Positions 26,935-35,702 of a DNA stretch of 64,000 nucleotides are shown one piece after another. The translations under genes and the position numbers were made by a program. Below the pieces are notes generated by a model. It saw nothing but the letters and a program-made list of their open reading frames with translations, searched no databases and was not told the origin of the DNA. Within the stretch, counting starts at the first letter, position 1; each line of letters starts with the position of its first letter. The DNA is from Dehalococcoidia bacterium (GTDB taxonomy: Bacteria > Chloroflexota > Dehalococcoidia > Lucifugimonadales > UBA3495). Location: NCBI GenBank assembly GCA_965263395.1, contig OZ253670.1, positions 1,865,826-1,929,825 on the forward strand, written 5' to 3'.

Positions 26935-27242
26935 GCCAGATCCCGGAAACCAACCCCGGGAACCCCCCCGACACTCCGGTGCTGGACCGGATCAGGAAGA
27001 TCGGCCAGCAGGGCCAGGCCGTGGGAGAATTCATCGAATGGCTGGCCCTGGAGGGATACTGGATAGCGGCGCCCTCAAACATGAAATACGAGGGGCACCA
27101 GGACTGCCTGGAACCTGCCATCGTGAGCCGGAACGGCCTCATCAACCGGTTCTTCGGGATCGACCAACAGCAGGAGACCGCCGAGCGGGAGGCGATGCTG
27201 GAATACGTCCGCAATATCCAGACCGCAGACCCAACAGCATGA
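26931..27242 (+). CDS. hypothetical protein
   Basis: ATGA overlap at 26931. Confidence 0.5.
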   Translation: MSQIPETNPGNPPDTPVLDRIRKIGQQGQAVGEFIEWLALEGYWIAAPSNMKYEGHQDCLEPAIVSRNGLINRFFGIDQQQETAEREAMLEYVRNIQTADPTA

Positions 27243-27288
27243 AGACCATCATCTGCCCCGGCCCAATCCACCAAGGGGAGAGAGAAGA

Positions 27289-27537
27289 ATGGGAAGCCTA
27301 TCGGCCATGAACAGCATCAGCCGGGTGCTGGAGAAGCACGGGGAAGAGCTGAAGAAGGAACTCATGGAGATGATCCCGGAACACATCCGGGAACACGTGA
27401 CCGGCGTGGATCTCAGCAACGAGATCTACGAGATTACGGCCGGGTGGACCACCAACAACGGGAGCACCCTGCCCGGACCCCGGATCGGCATCGACACACT
27501 TGCCAACCGGTTCCCAGACTGCGATGTGGGGTACTGA
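27289..27537 (+). CDS. hypothetical protein
   Basis: 82-aa ORF preceded by ggggagagagaaga. Confidence 0.5.
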   Translation: MGSLSAMNSISRVLEKHGEELKKELMEMIPEHIREHVTGVDLSNEIYEITAGWTTNNGSTLPGPRIGIDTLANRFPDCDVGY

Positions 27538-27574
27538 AACCCACGTCCACCAAATAGAACCAGGAGGAACCCCC

Positions 27575-27703
27575 ATGAACGCCCCAACCAAGAGGCGCCC
27601 CAACAGGAAACCCTGGAAGAACAACCGGAGGAGCAAGGGGAAGAAATACCTGGATCTCCTGACCGCTGTGGTCACCTTCCGGCAACAAGGAGCAAAGGCT
27701 TGA
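27575..27703 (+). CDS. possible 42-aa highly basic peptide
   Basis: AGGAGG lies 8 nt upstream of ATG 27575. Confidence 0.3.
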   Translation: MNAPTKRRPNRKPWKNNRRSKGKKYLDLLTAVVTFRQQGAKA

Positions 27704-28719
27704 ACGTCACCACCAAAAGGGTAGCCACCATGGTCGCCGACAGCCTGGATCCCCAGAACGACCAACGGTCCCCCCCAGGGGAGATCAAGATAATCGACCC
27801 ATGCTGCGGGTCCGGAACCGCCCTCCAGACCCTGGCCGAAACCCTCCGAAAGAGCGCCAACCATACCGTTACCACCTATGGGGTGGAGCGGAGCCGGGAG
27901 CAGGCCCAACGGGCCATCCAGAGGCTCAACCACGCCCTCCACTCCGACATCGCCAAGACCACCATCGCCAACAACGCCTTCGAAGCATGCTTCCTGAACC
28001 CGCCTTCATCCCAGGAACCCGGCAGGACCGAGCACCAGTTCCTCATGAACTGCACCAAGTACCTCGTCCCCAGGGGAACCATGATCTACATCGCCACCCC
28101 GGAGGCCCTCCTGAAGTCGGCGCGGTACCTGTCGGAGCACTACGGCCCCATCCATATCAGGAAGCTGCCCAACCCGGAGTACGAGAACAGCCAGCAGATG
28201 ACCGTCTTCGCATGGCGCAGGGAGACCCCGGTCACCGATGAGCAGCAGCAGAAGCTCCTGGAAAAATGGGCCAACGGAGAACAGCACAACTCCCAGACCC
28301 TGGGAAGGCCCAAAAGCAAGCTCCTCACCCTCTCTCACCAGCAACCCCGGGACATACTCTTCACACGGCGGGACATCGAGCCCGCCGACGCCATCCTCCA
28401 AGCCAGGAGCCAGGGGCTCTGGAACCGCCGGGAGGTGCAGGCCGCCCTCTGGCCCGATGATCCCCAGGAGGTCCAGCCCCTCATGCCCCTCAGGAAGGGG
28501 CACCTGGCAATGCTGGTCGCCGCCGGACTCCTGAACAACATGGTCATCGAGCAGGACGGGCAACGGATCATAGTCAAGGGCAAGACCAGCAAGAACAACA
28601 CCAAGGTCCCCAACCCGGGCCGGGAAGATATGCCAGACGAGATCTGGCAGGAACGTATGAAGATCAGCATAACCACCCTGGACCTGGAGACAGGAGAGTT
28701 CGCCGAGCTGCTGGCCTGA
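27700..28719 (+). CDS. SAM-dependent (probable N6-adenine DNA) methyltransferase, orphan
   Basis: Motif I is IIDPCCGSGTAL and motif IV-like is CFLNPPS. The track start is TTG 27700; ATG 27730 is an alternative. Confidence 0.7.
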   Translation: MNVTTKRVATMVADSLDPQNDQRSPPGEIKIIDPCCGSGTALQTLAETLRKSANHTVTTYGVERSREQAQRAIQRLNHALHSDIAKTTIANNAFEACFLNPPSSQEPGRTEHQFLMNCTKYLVPRGTMIYIATPEALLKSARYLSEHYGPIHIRKLPNPEYENSQQMTVFAWRRETPVTDEQQQKLLEKWANGEQHNSQTLGRPKSKLLTLSHQQPRDILFTRRDIEPADAILQARSQGLWNRREVQAALWPDDPQEVQPLMPLRKGHLAMLVAAGLLNNMVIEQDGQRIIVKGKTSKNNTKVPNPGREDMPDEIWQERMKISITTLDLETGEFAELLA

Positions 28720-28748
28720 ACGAGAAACTTCAAGCAGGAGGGAGAAAT

Positions 28749-29285
28749 ATGAGAGAAAGAGTGACCATCAACAGCACCATGACCATCTACGGGACACTGG
28801 CCGACATCTCCACCTCCGCATCCGCCATCAGCCAGGACACCGACCCCTGCGATCCCAGACAGGACGCCCTCGAAGCACTGAGAGAGGACTGTTGCCGGCA
28901 CATGAAATCCCTGGAGCAGACCTGCCGGGCCGCCACTTTGGGCACCGCACCAAACTCCCCCGGCCAGGATGCCCAGACCTACCGGGGCACCCGCAACCGG
29001 ATCCTGGGGAACCGGGTGGTGAGAGAAATCCCCGGAGCAGGAGAGACCATCCTGGAACACCCGGAACACCCGGACGATGAGGAAGAAGCCCCCTTCACCT
29101 GGGGCTCCCCCGGACCAGGGACCGGCCAGCTCGCCACCGCGCTCTTGGCCGATGCGACCCAGGACCCGGAGTACGCCCGGGAAAACACCCGGAAATTCCG
29201 GAAAGAGGTCGTGGAGAAAATCCATGCGGAGGAGTGGGAAATGGAAGGCGAAGAGATCCTGGGCTGGGTCAATGATCACCCTTAA
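28749..29285 (+). CDS. hypothetical protein
   Basis: 178-aa ORF preceded by caggagggagaaat. Confidence 0.5.
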   Translation: MRERVTINSTMTIYGTLADISTSASAISQDTDPCDPRQDALEALREDCCRHMKSLEQTCRAATLGTAPNSPGQDAQTYRGTRNRILGNRVVREIPGAGETILEHPEHPDDEEEAPFTWGSPGPGTGQLATALLADATQDPEYARENTRKFRKEVVEKIHAEEWEMEGEEILGWVNDHP

Positions 29286-29595
29286 CCGGCTCATCCAACG
29301 GATGCAGTCCCCGGGAAGACCCTGGGCAACCCCCAGCCTGTCCGAGACCAGCATATACGGACAACCACGTACCGCACCACCACGTGGTGCACCTAGATGG
29401 GCAGCCCAGAGCGGGCTGCCCATGGACCTAGGGGACGCCGAGGAGGAATACGCCTGCCACGCGCTCCTGCCTCAGGGAAAACGGAGAAGGAAATGCCTGG
29501 AACTGATGCTCCTGACCCTCAGGACCGCCGCCAAGCCCCAGCGGGATAGACAGCCAGAGGGAAGGAACGCAGGCCAGAGGAGTGAGCGGAAATGA
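29272..29595 (+). CDS. hypothetical protein
   Basis: ATG 29272 is the in-frame part of track ORF 29077..29595. An ATGA overlap links it to the next gene. Confidence 0.4.
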   Translation: MITLNRLIQRMQSPGRPWATPSLSETSIYGQPRTAPPRGAPRWAAQSGLPMDLGDAEEEYACHALLPQGKRRRKCLELMLLTLRTAAKPQRDRQPEGRNAGQRSERK

Positions 29596-30017
29596 ACCGG
29601 ATACAGATGGAACTCATCAAACTCCTGCGCTCGGGAGAGCTGCCGGAAGCCCGGAGCAGGACCAACCTCCTTTCCCCGGAACCCAACCAGTTCAGCCTGG
29701 GCGGCGCCGTCTGCGAGCTCTACCGCCGCCACCACCCCGAATCAGCATACTGGCACCATGACCGGAGGAGTTCCGGTCCCGCCAGCACATTCCGGTACGA
29801 GGGCCAGATCTACTACACCATCCCGCCTCAGAAGATCGCCCGGTGGATGGGACTGCACAACCAGTACGGCGCCGTACGGCACGAAGCGCCGCCCCTCCTG
29901 ACGCAGTGGCCGGTCCGGAACCTGACCGCGGCCTTTGAATGCGGCCTCACCTTCCAGGAACTCGCCAACCTGATGGAGCAGAACGCTCAGGACCTGTTCC
30001 TGGAACCCGCCGGTTAG
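29592..30017 (+). CDS. hypothetical protein
   Basis: 141-aa ORF. Confidence 0.55.
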   Translation: MNRIQMELIKLLRSGELPEARSRTNLLSPEPNQFSLGGAVCELYRRHHPESAYWHHDRRSSGPASTFRYEGQIYYTIPPQKIARWMGLHNQYGAVRHEAPPLLTQWPVRNLTAAFECGLTFQELANLMEQNAQDLFLEPAG

Positions 30018-30257
30018 ACCGGGGGCGGAATAAACAAAACGGCGTGAGCACCCCCAGGAGCGGGCACCAATGCACACCGTAGTCTGGGTAATAACCCAGG
30101 TCACCAAACCCCAATACCCCCTGTGGGACTGAGCGCCAGCGCTCCCCCTCCGGCAATGGCCCCTGCCGGGCCGCCTCCAAGCCCACGACAAAACCCATGG
30201 GTTCTTGAACCAGCAATAATGGGGCCAGAGGCCCACCCACACAATACCCAAACCGGC

Positions 30258-30287
30258 AGCGGATCCCACCAGGGGACCGCTATTTTT
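30258..30287 (+). terminator. intrinsic-terminator-like hairpin followed by a T-run
   Basis: agcggatccc-accag-gggaccgct is followed by attttta. It closes a 287-nt ORF-free stretch. Confidence 0.5.
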
Positions 30288-30304
30288 ATACAGGAGGACT
30301 CCCG

Positions 30305-30538
30305 ATGAGAATCCCCTCCAACTCACTGCCCAAACAAAACCCGCCCATGCCGGAACAGAGATACATCGGCGACGGCGTGTACGCCGGATTTGACGGGTAC
30401 TCCCTCATCCTGGAAACCAGCAACGGCGTCTCAATCACCAACCGGGTCTGCCTGGAGCCGGAGGTCCTGAACAAAATGGACCAGTACCGGGAATATGTCC
30501 GGGAATTCTTCCAGGAAGAAATCCAGAACCAGGGATAG
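30305..30538 (+). CDS. hypothetical protein
   Basis: CAGGAGG lies upstream. 77 aa. Confidence 0.5.
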   Translation: MRIPSNSLPKQNPPMPEQRYIGDGVYAGFDGYSLILETSNGVSITNRVCLEPEVLNKMDQYREYVREFFQEEIQNQG

Positions 30539-30649
30539 GCGCCCAGCCAAGCAAGAGGAGCCGTAGAAGACCAGAGAGGCACTGGGATCCCTGACCCGGA
30601 GTTGGCTGGTCATGACGAAGGAGCAGAGACTGGAAACCGGGAGAGAAAC

Positions 30650-31066
30650 ATGAAACGCGCCGCATATCTCACATTCATGATGGCCCTGATGATAGCTGCC
30701 CTGGCCTGCCGGGGAGAGCCGGAGGAATGGTTGACGCCGATGCCGGAGCCCGCAACACTGACGGACAGCGCGAGAACCTACGCGGAATGCGCGATTGGCA
30801 AAGCCTACGGCGGCTACGGCGGGAACAACTGGAGAGGGCTGTTCCATCCCCAGCTCCAGCAGGCAAGATGCCGGCTACTGCTGCCCGGAGACATTGCGGT
30901 GCACACGATGGAGGAGTTCCAGCTCTGCTTGGAACAGCAGACCCAGTGGGCCATCCGGGAATATGGGGTTGGGGAATGGCCGGACGGCTTCAGATCACTG
31001 CAGGTGATGGCATACGCTGAGGCGGTGTGCGCTCCCAGCCCCAGCGCAAACAGCCAAGGAGGATGA
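30650..31066 (+). CDS. lipoprotein
   Basis: The signal peptide MKRAAYLTFMMALMIAALAC carries a lipobox-like AALAC. GGGAGAGA lies upstream. The track start at 30602 is TTG. Confidence 0.6.
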   Translation: MKRAAYLTFMMALMIAALACRGEPEEWLTPMPEPATLTDSARTYAECAIGKAYGGYGGNNWRGLFHPQLQQARCRLLLPGDIAVHTMEEFQLCLEQQTQWAIREYGVGEWPDGFRSLQVMAYAEAVCAPSPSANSQGG

Positions 31067-31080
31067 GCCAAGGAGGATGA
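31053..31080 (+). repeat. 14-nt tandem duplication gccaaggaggatga spanning stop codon and RBS
   Basis: Copy 1 holds the stop TGA at 31064-31066. Copy 2 supplies AAGGAGG for ATG 31084. Confidence 0.85.
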
Positions 31081-31083
31081 GCC

Positions 31084-31269
31084 ATGAACACCGGATGGAG
31101 AGCCACACGGGAGGCCAGAAGGCCCCACACCAAGAACAAGCTGCAGACCAAGCACCCAAAGAACCGTGTCAGCAAGGCGCGCCGGAAGTCGGTGCAGGAA
31201 TCCATCCGGGCAATGCGGAGAAGGGGCTCCTCCCATGAGAGCGCCCCCGAAAGCATGAATCCGGCCTGA
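31084..31269 (+). CDS. small basic protein
   Basis: 61 aa with an AAGGAGG RBS. Confidence 0.4.
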   Translation: MNTGWRATREARRPHTKNKLQTKHPKNRVSKARRKSVQESIRAMRRRGSSHESAPESMNPA

Positions 31270-31640
31270 TGGCCACCCTCAGGGACATAGAAACCGCTCT
31301 GAACCGGAACACCCGGGACAGGAAGACCCGGGACAGGAAGACAACCTGGAAGGCCGCCAACGAACAGCAGACATTCATCACCCACATCGGGGAATGCAGA
31401 ATCATCGTCAGCCAGCACACCCACCAGAACCGGCAAACAAACCTGGAGATATTCTCCCAAGAGGGAGACCTGCTCGAAACCACCCAGTCCCCCGCCGCCG
31501 TCAGGGACACCAAGATGCAGGCAACGCTCGCCGAGCTCCATAATGCGGCCCGGAGACAGGCCCGGAGACAGGCCCTGAACGCGGACGAGACTCTCCAGAA
31601 ACTGATGGAGGAGCTGGAGAAAATCAAGGAGCAGACCTGA
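31269..31640 (+). CDS. hypothetical protein
   Basis: TGATG overlap with the preceding stop. It contains two internal tandem duplications (31311-31340 and 31548-31571). Confidence 0.5.
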   Translation: MATLRDIETALNRNTRDRKTRDRKTTWKAANEQQTFITHIGECRIIVSQHTHQNRQTNLEIFSQEGDLLETTQSPAAVRDTKMQATLAELHNAARRQARRQALNADETLQKLMEELEKIKEQT

Positions 31641-31654
31641 AGCCGGACCAAGAT

Positions 31655-31676
31655 CTGCAGCTCAGCTGAGCTGCAG
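31655..31676 (+). terminator. perfect 22-nt palindrome ctgcagctcagctgagctgcag
   Basis: It lies 15 nt after the stop at 31640. Confidence 0.5.
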
Positions 31677-31885
31677 AACAACTGGAAGGATGCAGAGGAT
31701 GACTCACCTGCGGTTCACTCACGATCACGGCGCCGAAGAACCAGGCTGCCGGCGCCGCTTCCCTGCACCGGCAGCCTGAACCGGCACCCAGAGAGCATGA
31801 AGAAGATCAACCGGATGGACAGAGACAGAACTCTCCCCAAGGACATCGTCCTGCCCACCATGAACCAGTACTGAGGAGAAGCAGA

Positions 31886-32356
31886 ATGCCGGCAGAAAGG
31901 AACGGAGCCAAGATCGCCAAGGGACTGGAATTCTGGCCCGACGACCAGGAGAAGGGCCGGTGGCGCATCATCGGAGGGGGGTGGAACACCAACGGCTTCG
32001 GGGACGCCGGCCAGCTCACCGAACTCGCCCTAGCCATCCTGGAGATCGTGAACGACAACCGGGAGCTCCCCGCCGTAGACCCCGAGCAGGAACACGGGGC
32101 GCTCTCCTACATCACAACCTCCCCGCGGATCCCCCCGGGAGAGGATGCCCGGGTCGGGGGAGCCCTCATCGCCAAGGGAGTGAGCATGATCCGGGATGCC
32201 AGGCAGAAGGCCTGGGAGCAGGGACGTCCGGAAGACCTGGGAGTCAGATTCAGGGACGAGTGGACCAGGCTGCCCTTCCGAATCGAAGTCGAGAGCGAAA
32301 CCCCGGACCACGAACCCCCGGACCACGAACCCCCGGACCACGAACCCCCGGAATAA
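31886..32356 (+). CDS. hypothetical protein
   Basis: 156-aa ORF preceded by tgaggagaagcaga. Confidence 0.5.
   Translation: MPAERNGAKIAKGLEFWPDDQEKGRWRIIGGGWNTNGFGDAGQLTELALAILEIVNDNRELPAVDPEQEHGALSYITTSPRIPPGEDARVGGALIAKGVSMIRDARQKAWEQGRPEDLGVRFRDEWTRLPFRIEVESETPDHEPPDHEPPDHEPPE
32301..32352 (+). repeat. 15-nt tandem repeat ccccggaccacgaac, 3 copies plus a partial
   Basis: It encodes PDHEPPDHEPPDHEPPE at the C-terminus. Confidence 0.9.
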
Positions 32357-32377
32357 CAACCCAACAAGGACACAACC

Positions 32378-32698
32378 ATGACCGCCGAAGAGATCCTGGA
32401 GCACTACCCCAGCCTCACCCCCCACCTGGTCTGCGAGTCCCTGGGCTACTTCACCCCCAAGAGCGCCGCCCTGGCCATCCAGGCCCGCCAGCAGGGACGG
32501 GGATGCGCCTGCGAGTGGTACATCCACATGAGCGGGAGAGGACGGACCCTCCTGGAAGTCGGCGCCGACACCCTGGACCGGGCCTTCCAGAACCGCCGCC
32601 ACCACCGGGGCTACATGGCCCACTACCCCCATGCCCGGGAACTGGTCGAGATGGAGAGTCAGCACGCCAACCCAACCATGATGAGCAGCTGGCAATAG
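32378..32698 (+). CDS. hypothetical protein (DUF433-like N-terminus, tentative)
   Basis: The N-terminus reads MTAEEILEHYPSLTPHLVCESLGYF. Confidence 0.45.
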   Translation: MTAEEILEHYPSLTPHLVCESLGYFTPKSAALAIQARQQGRGCACEWYIHMSGRGRTLLEVGADTLDRAFQNRRHHRGYMAHYPHARELVEMESQHANPTMMSSWQ

Positions 32699-32818
32699 AG
32701 CCGTGAGCATCACCACCGCCATAGCAGTATCGGCCGGCAACATGCTGGTCCACTGGAGCCCCGGAAAGAGACCCAGCGGCCAGTCGAACTACTGGCTCTA
32801 CAGCGCCAAGGAGTGGAG

Positions 32819-33376
32819 ATGGACATCCGAATGACCGATGACGAGATCAAGAACCTGCAGACCGGCGTGCTGCTGCTGGCCGCCCGGGCAGCACGCCGGT
32901 GTAGCCCCAAACACCTTCAGCACCTCTCCTATCTCATCCAGGAGGGCGCGGGAGTCCCGACCCGCCACGAGTTCACCTACCGCTATGGCCCCCACTCCAG
33001 GACGGTGGAGGACCGCACCGACTCTCTCCATTACACGGGATACCTGAAACGGCAGGAACAGAAGGGAATGCTGGGATGGGTGATCATCCCCTATCTGATC
33101 TACGACCACCGGATGAGGGAGCGCGAGCTCCGGTTCACCCAGCCCGCGGAGGAGTTCCGGGATATGGTCCAGTCAGCCGCACGGCAGTACCCAGGGAAGA
33201 ACAGCCTGGAGACCAACATCGCCGCCACCATCCTCTACATGAGCCGGTCAGCACCCGCCAGGCCCAGGGCCGACACCATTCGCGCCGCCCAACGGGCCAT
33301 GCCCAAGCTGAGCACAGAGGCGCTGGAGAGAGAATACCAACGTCTGGCCGAACTGGGATGGCTGGCCGCCAGCTGA
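32819..33376 (+). CDS. hypothetical protein (Panacea/SocA-like, tentative)
   Basis: AAGGAG lies 5 nt upstream of ATG 32819 (track start is GTG 32813). The segment LQHLSYLIQ...FTYRYGPHSRTVED is present. Confidence 0.5.
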   Translation: MDIRMTDDEIKNLQTGVLLLAARAARRCSPKHLQHLSYLIQEGAGVPTRHEFTYRYGPHSRTVEDRTDSLHYTGYLKRQEQKGMLGWVIIPYLIYDHRMRERELRFTQPAEEFRDMVQSAARQYPGKNSLETNIAATILYMSRSAPARPRADTIRAAQRAMPKLSTEALEREYQRLAELGWLAAS

Positions 33377-33377
33377 A

Positions 33378-33629
33378 GTGAGAAATAAGATGCCCGACAG
33401 AGAACCAGGCAGCGGACACACCGACCCCCAACACGACTGGCAACACACCAGGACAATAATGGTCCCCACCGGGTTCCCCAGGTTCATGCAGTTCCACGTC
33501 TCAATACTGGAGTGCGGCAACTGCCGTGCCCAGATGACCACCATGGGCAGAATGGATGAGGAAGAGGATATCTACCAGACCCCACGCTGCCAGGAAACCC
33601 AGGGACAGCAAGCCCAGGAACAGGAATAA
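33378..33629 (+). CDS. small protein with CxxC motif
   Basis: 83-aa ORF. Confidence 0.4.
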   Translation: MRNKMPDREPGSGHTDPQHDWQHTRTIMVPTGFPRFMQFHVSILECGNCRAQMTTMGRMDEEEDIYQTPRCQETQGQQAQEQE

Positions 33630-33659
33630 CCGGCACAAAACTACCAGCGGCTGGGCCCA

Positions 33660-34028
33660 ATGGTCCAGCAAGCAGGAGCAACCCAAATGGCCCACACATG
33701 CCAGGGAACCGCCGACAAGCGCGGAAGGATAATCAGCAGCTGCGAGGACTGCCACTGGACCGCATACCATGAGGGTATCTACCTGGGCGCCACCGGCGCC
33801 GTGAAGGACGCCGCCAAGCGGATAGTCCAAGCACTCCAGGAGGCCTGCGATCCCCTGCAGAGGTCGCCACCTCAACACGAGGACGAGGACAAGGCCCTCC
33901 AGAACTGGAAGACCTTCCAGAAGATGACCCATCTGGTCAGAGAAGCTGTGGAACCAATGATCAAGGAAGCCGGAGAGGAATTCACAAAGGCCAAGGAGAA
34001 GCGCCAAGGAGACCCGAACCCCTCATAG
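33660..34028 (+). CDS. hypothetical protein
   Basis: 122-aa ORF in the same frame as the previous ORF, separated by a single TAA. Confidence 0.45.
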   Translation: MVQQAGATQMAHTCQGTADKRGRIISSCEDCHWTAYHEGIYLGATGAVKDAAKRIVQALQEACDPLQRSPPQHEDEDKALQNWKTFQKMTHLVREAVEPMIKEAGEEFTKAKEKRQGDPNPS

Positions 34029-34110
34029 AGCACCCCATCCGGGGTGCATTCGTGTTCGCGGCGCTGGAGAGCGCCAGCCCAATCGGAGGAGAAAGAACAG
34101 GAGGACCGGC

Positions 34111-34326
34111 ATGGCCAAGACCTATACCAACAAATATGGAGAGGAGTACCGGAAGGTGACTCTCAACCTGAGCGCCAAGGCGATCGACCATGTGCAGGCT
34201 GCGGCCAGGAGGAGTTTCCGGAACATCTCCGCTGAGGTTGAAATGATGATCCAGGAGCATATCTCTAGGACAGGCGAAGCGAGCGCCGGCTCCAACGAAG
34301 CTGGCCCCAAAAAGGAAATGACCTGA
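34111..34326 (+). CDS. ribbon-helix-helix (CopG/Arc-like) protein, putative antitoxin/regulator
   Basis: KVTLNLSAKAIDHVQAAARRSFRNISAEVEMMIQEHI fits a beta-strand followed by two helices. GGAGGA lies upstream. Confidence 0.55.
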   Translation: MAKTYTNKYGEEYRKVTLNLSAKAIDHVQAAARRSFRNISAEVEMMIQEHISRTGEASAGSNEAGPKKEMT

Positions 34327-34844
34327 TGAGCCAAAAGCAGACCCTGGTGACCCGGCGGTTCCCATCATTTCAGAGCCTGCGCACCTTTCCCTGGAAACCC
34401 GGATTCCAGTGGGTGCAGACCGCACTCCAAGCCGCCGACCTCATCAACCAGCCCCACGAGGACTACCCCCAGAGAGTGCCGGATACCGCCCAAGCCATCC
34501 AGTCCATGGCCGGACGAACCCCGGGGATGCCGGCAAACCGGGAGTGCCTCCAAGTCCACCGGGACATCTTCCCCGACCTGGCCGGAGCCGGAAGCTGGCG
34601 GGAAACCGACGTGATGGTCATGTTCCACCGGCCCCCGGACCACCGGCTTCTGCCCAAGCTGATGGACGAACTCGAACTGGTCTACCAGGAGGAATGCTCA
34701 ATCCAACGGCTGGAACAATGGTACCTGGACTTCGAGACAATCCACCCATTCCTGGACGGAAACGGCAGGGTCGGCGGGGTCATGACCGCCGCCATATCCC
34801 ACGCAATGAACCCAGGGCAGGGATACCTGGCCCCGGAACGATAG
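34326..34844 (+). CDS. Fic/Doc-family protein
   Basis: The motif HPFLDGNGRVGG is present. The start abuts the RHH gene stop (TGATG). Confidence 0.8.
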   Translation: MSQKQTLVTRRFPSFQSLRTFPWKPGFQWVQTALQAADLINQPHEDYPQRVPDTAQAIQSMAGRTPGMPANRECLQVHRDIFPDLAGAGSWRETDVMVMFHRPPDHRLLPKLMDELELVYQEECSIQRLEQWYLDFETIHPFLDGNGRVGGVMTAAISHAMNPGQGYLAPER

Positions 34845-35030
34845 ACCCCAACTACCGGTCTTCGTAACCAGAACCATACTACCGGCGGCGGCAGACCCAG
34901 GGCCGCTCACGCTCCTCAGGGGAGAGACCCAACACCCCAACACCGTCCCGGCGCGCCGCCTCCTCCTGCTCCACACTCCCCCGCCCCTGCTCAGAGGCCG
35001 GCCAGCCCAGATTCAAATTGAGGAGACACC

Positions 35031-35696
35031 ATGATCCAACCACTCATGACCAAGAACATCCGGTACGGCCTCAGGGCAGTCCTTGCCAAAGACCCAGGCT
35101 CGGAACACCCCATCCAGGAAGATGACGAGATCGCCGTCGCAACCTTCGGAATCCACCAACACCTGTCCAGCAGAGAGCACCCCTCGGATACCCTGGATTT
35201 TCTCCGGGAACTCCTGCACCCACATCACCCCGGGACCAGGCACGTGGCCCAGCAGAAATGGCGGGAGCTGGGCTACCAGGAAATACTACGGAGCTTCCCC
35301 TACCCAGGCAGCATCCTGCCAATCATCCTATACGACGAGGGATCCCAGGGATGCCGGTTCAAAACCAGCCACCAAGGCCCATCCGGAGGCACCCACATCG
35401 GCTGGGCCTACTGCCCAAGCGGAGAGGACGATGAAAAACGAGTCCTCCAAGCAGTCCGGAAGCTGGAAATGCACCTGAACGAACAGGTCTACCAGGTATA
35501 CCTGGAGGAGAACTACCAGAGGACCCAGGGGGTAGGGGACCTCTACAACTGGAAGGCCGGCCAGGACCAACAGGGAGAGAAGACCCTCACCATGGAGCCA
35601 GGGTACCCGGAGCCGGAATTTCTGGACAGCGTCCTCCGGGAAATGGACCTGGACCCGGATGACCTGCAGGCCGCACTGGCCAGCAAGTGGGAGTAG
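35031..35696 (+). CDS. hypothetical protein
   Basis: 221-aa ORF preceded by ttgaggagacacc. Confidence 0.55.
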   Translation: MIQPLMTKNIRYGLRAVLAKDPGSEHPIQEDDEIAVATFGIHQHLSSREHPSDTLDFLRELLHPHHPGTRHVAQQKWRELGYQEILRSFPYPGSILPIILYDEGSQGCRFKTSHQGPSGGTHIGWAYCPSGEDDEKRVLQAVRKLEMHLNEQVYQVYLEENYQRTQGVGDLYNWKAGQDQQGEKTLTMEPGYPEPEFLDSVLREMDLDPDDLQAALASKWE

Positions 35697-35702
35697 AGCA
35701 AA

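Noticed and set aside
30536-30652. In-frame TAG between ORF 30305-30538 and ORF 30602/30650-31066 (possible read-through fusion)
   Set aside because: The downstream protein starts with a typical lipoprotein signal peptide (MKRAAYLTFMMALMIAALAC), which must be N-terminal. GGGAGAGA precedes its ATG. These are separate genes.
33627-33662. ORFs 33378-33629 and 33660-34028 share a frame and are separated by one TAA (a third split gene?)
   Set aside because: No family or motif spans the junction, and an ATG with acceptable spacing exists for the second ORF. Two separate small genes cannot be distinguished from a split gene, so this is not claimed.
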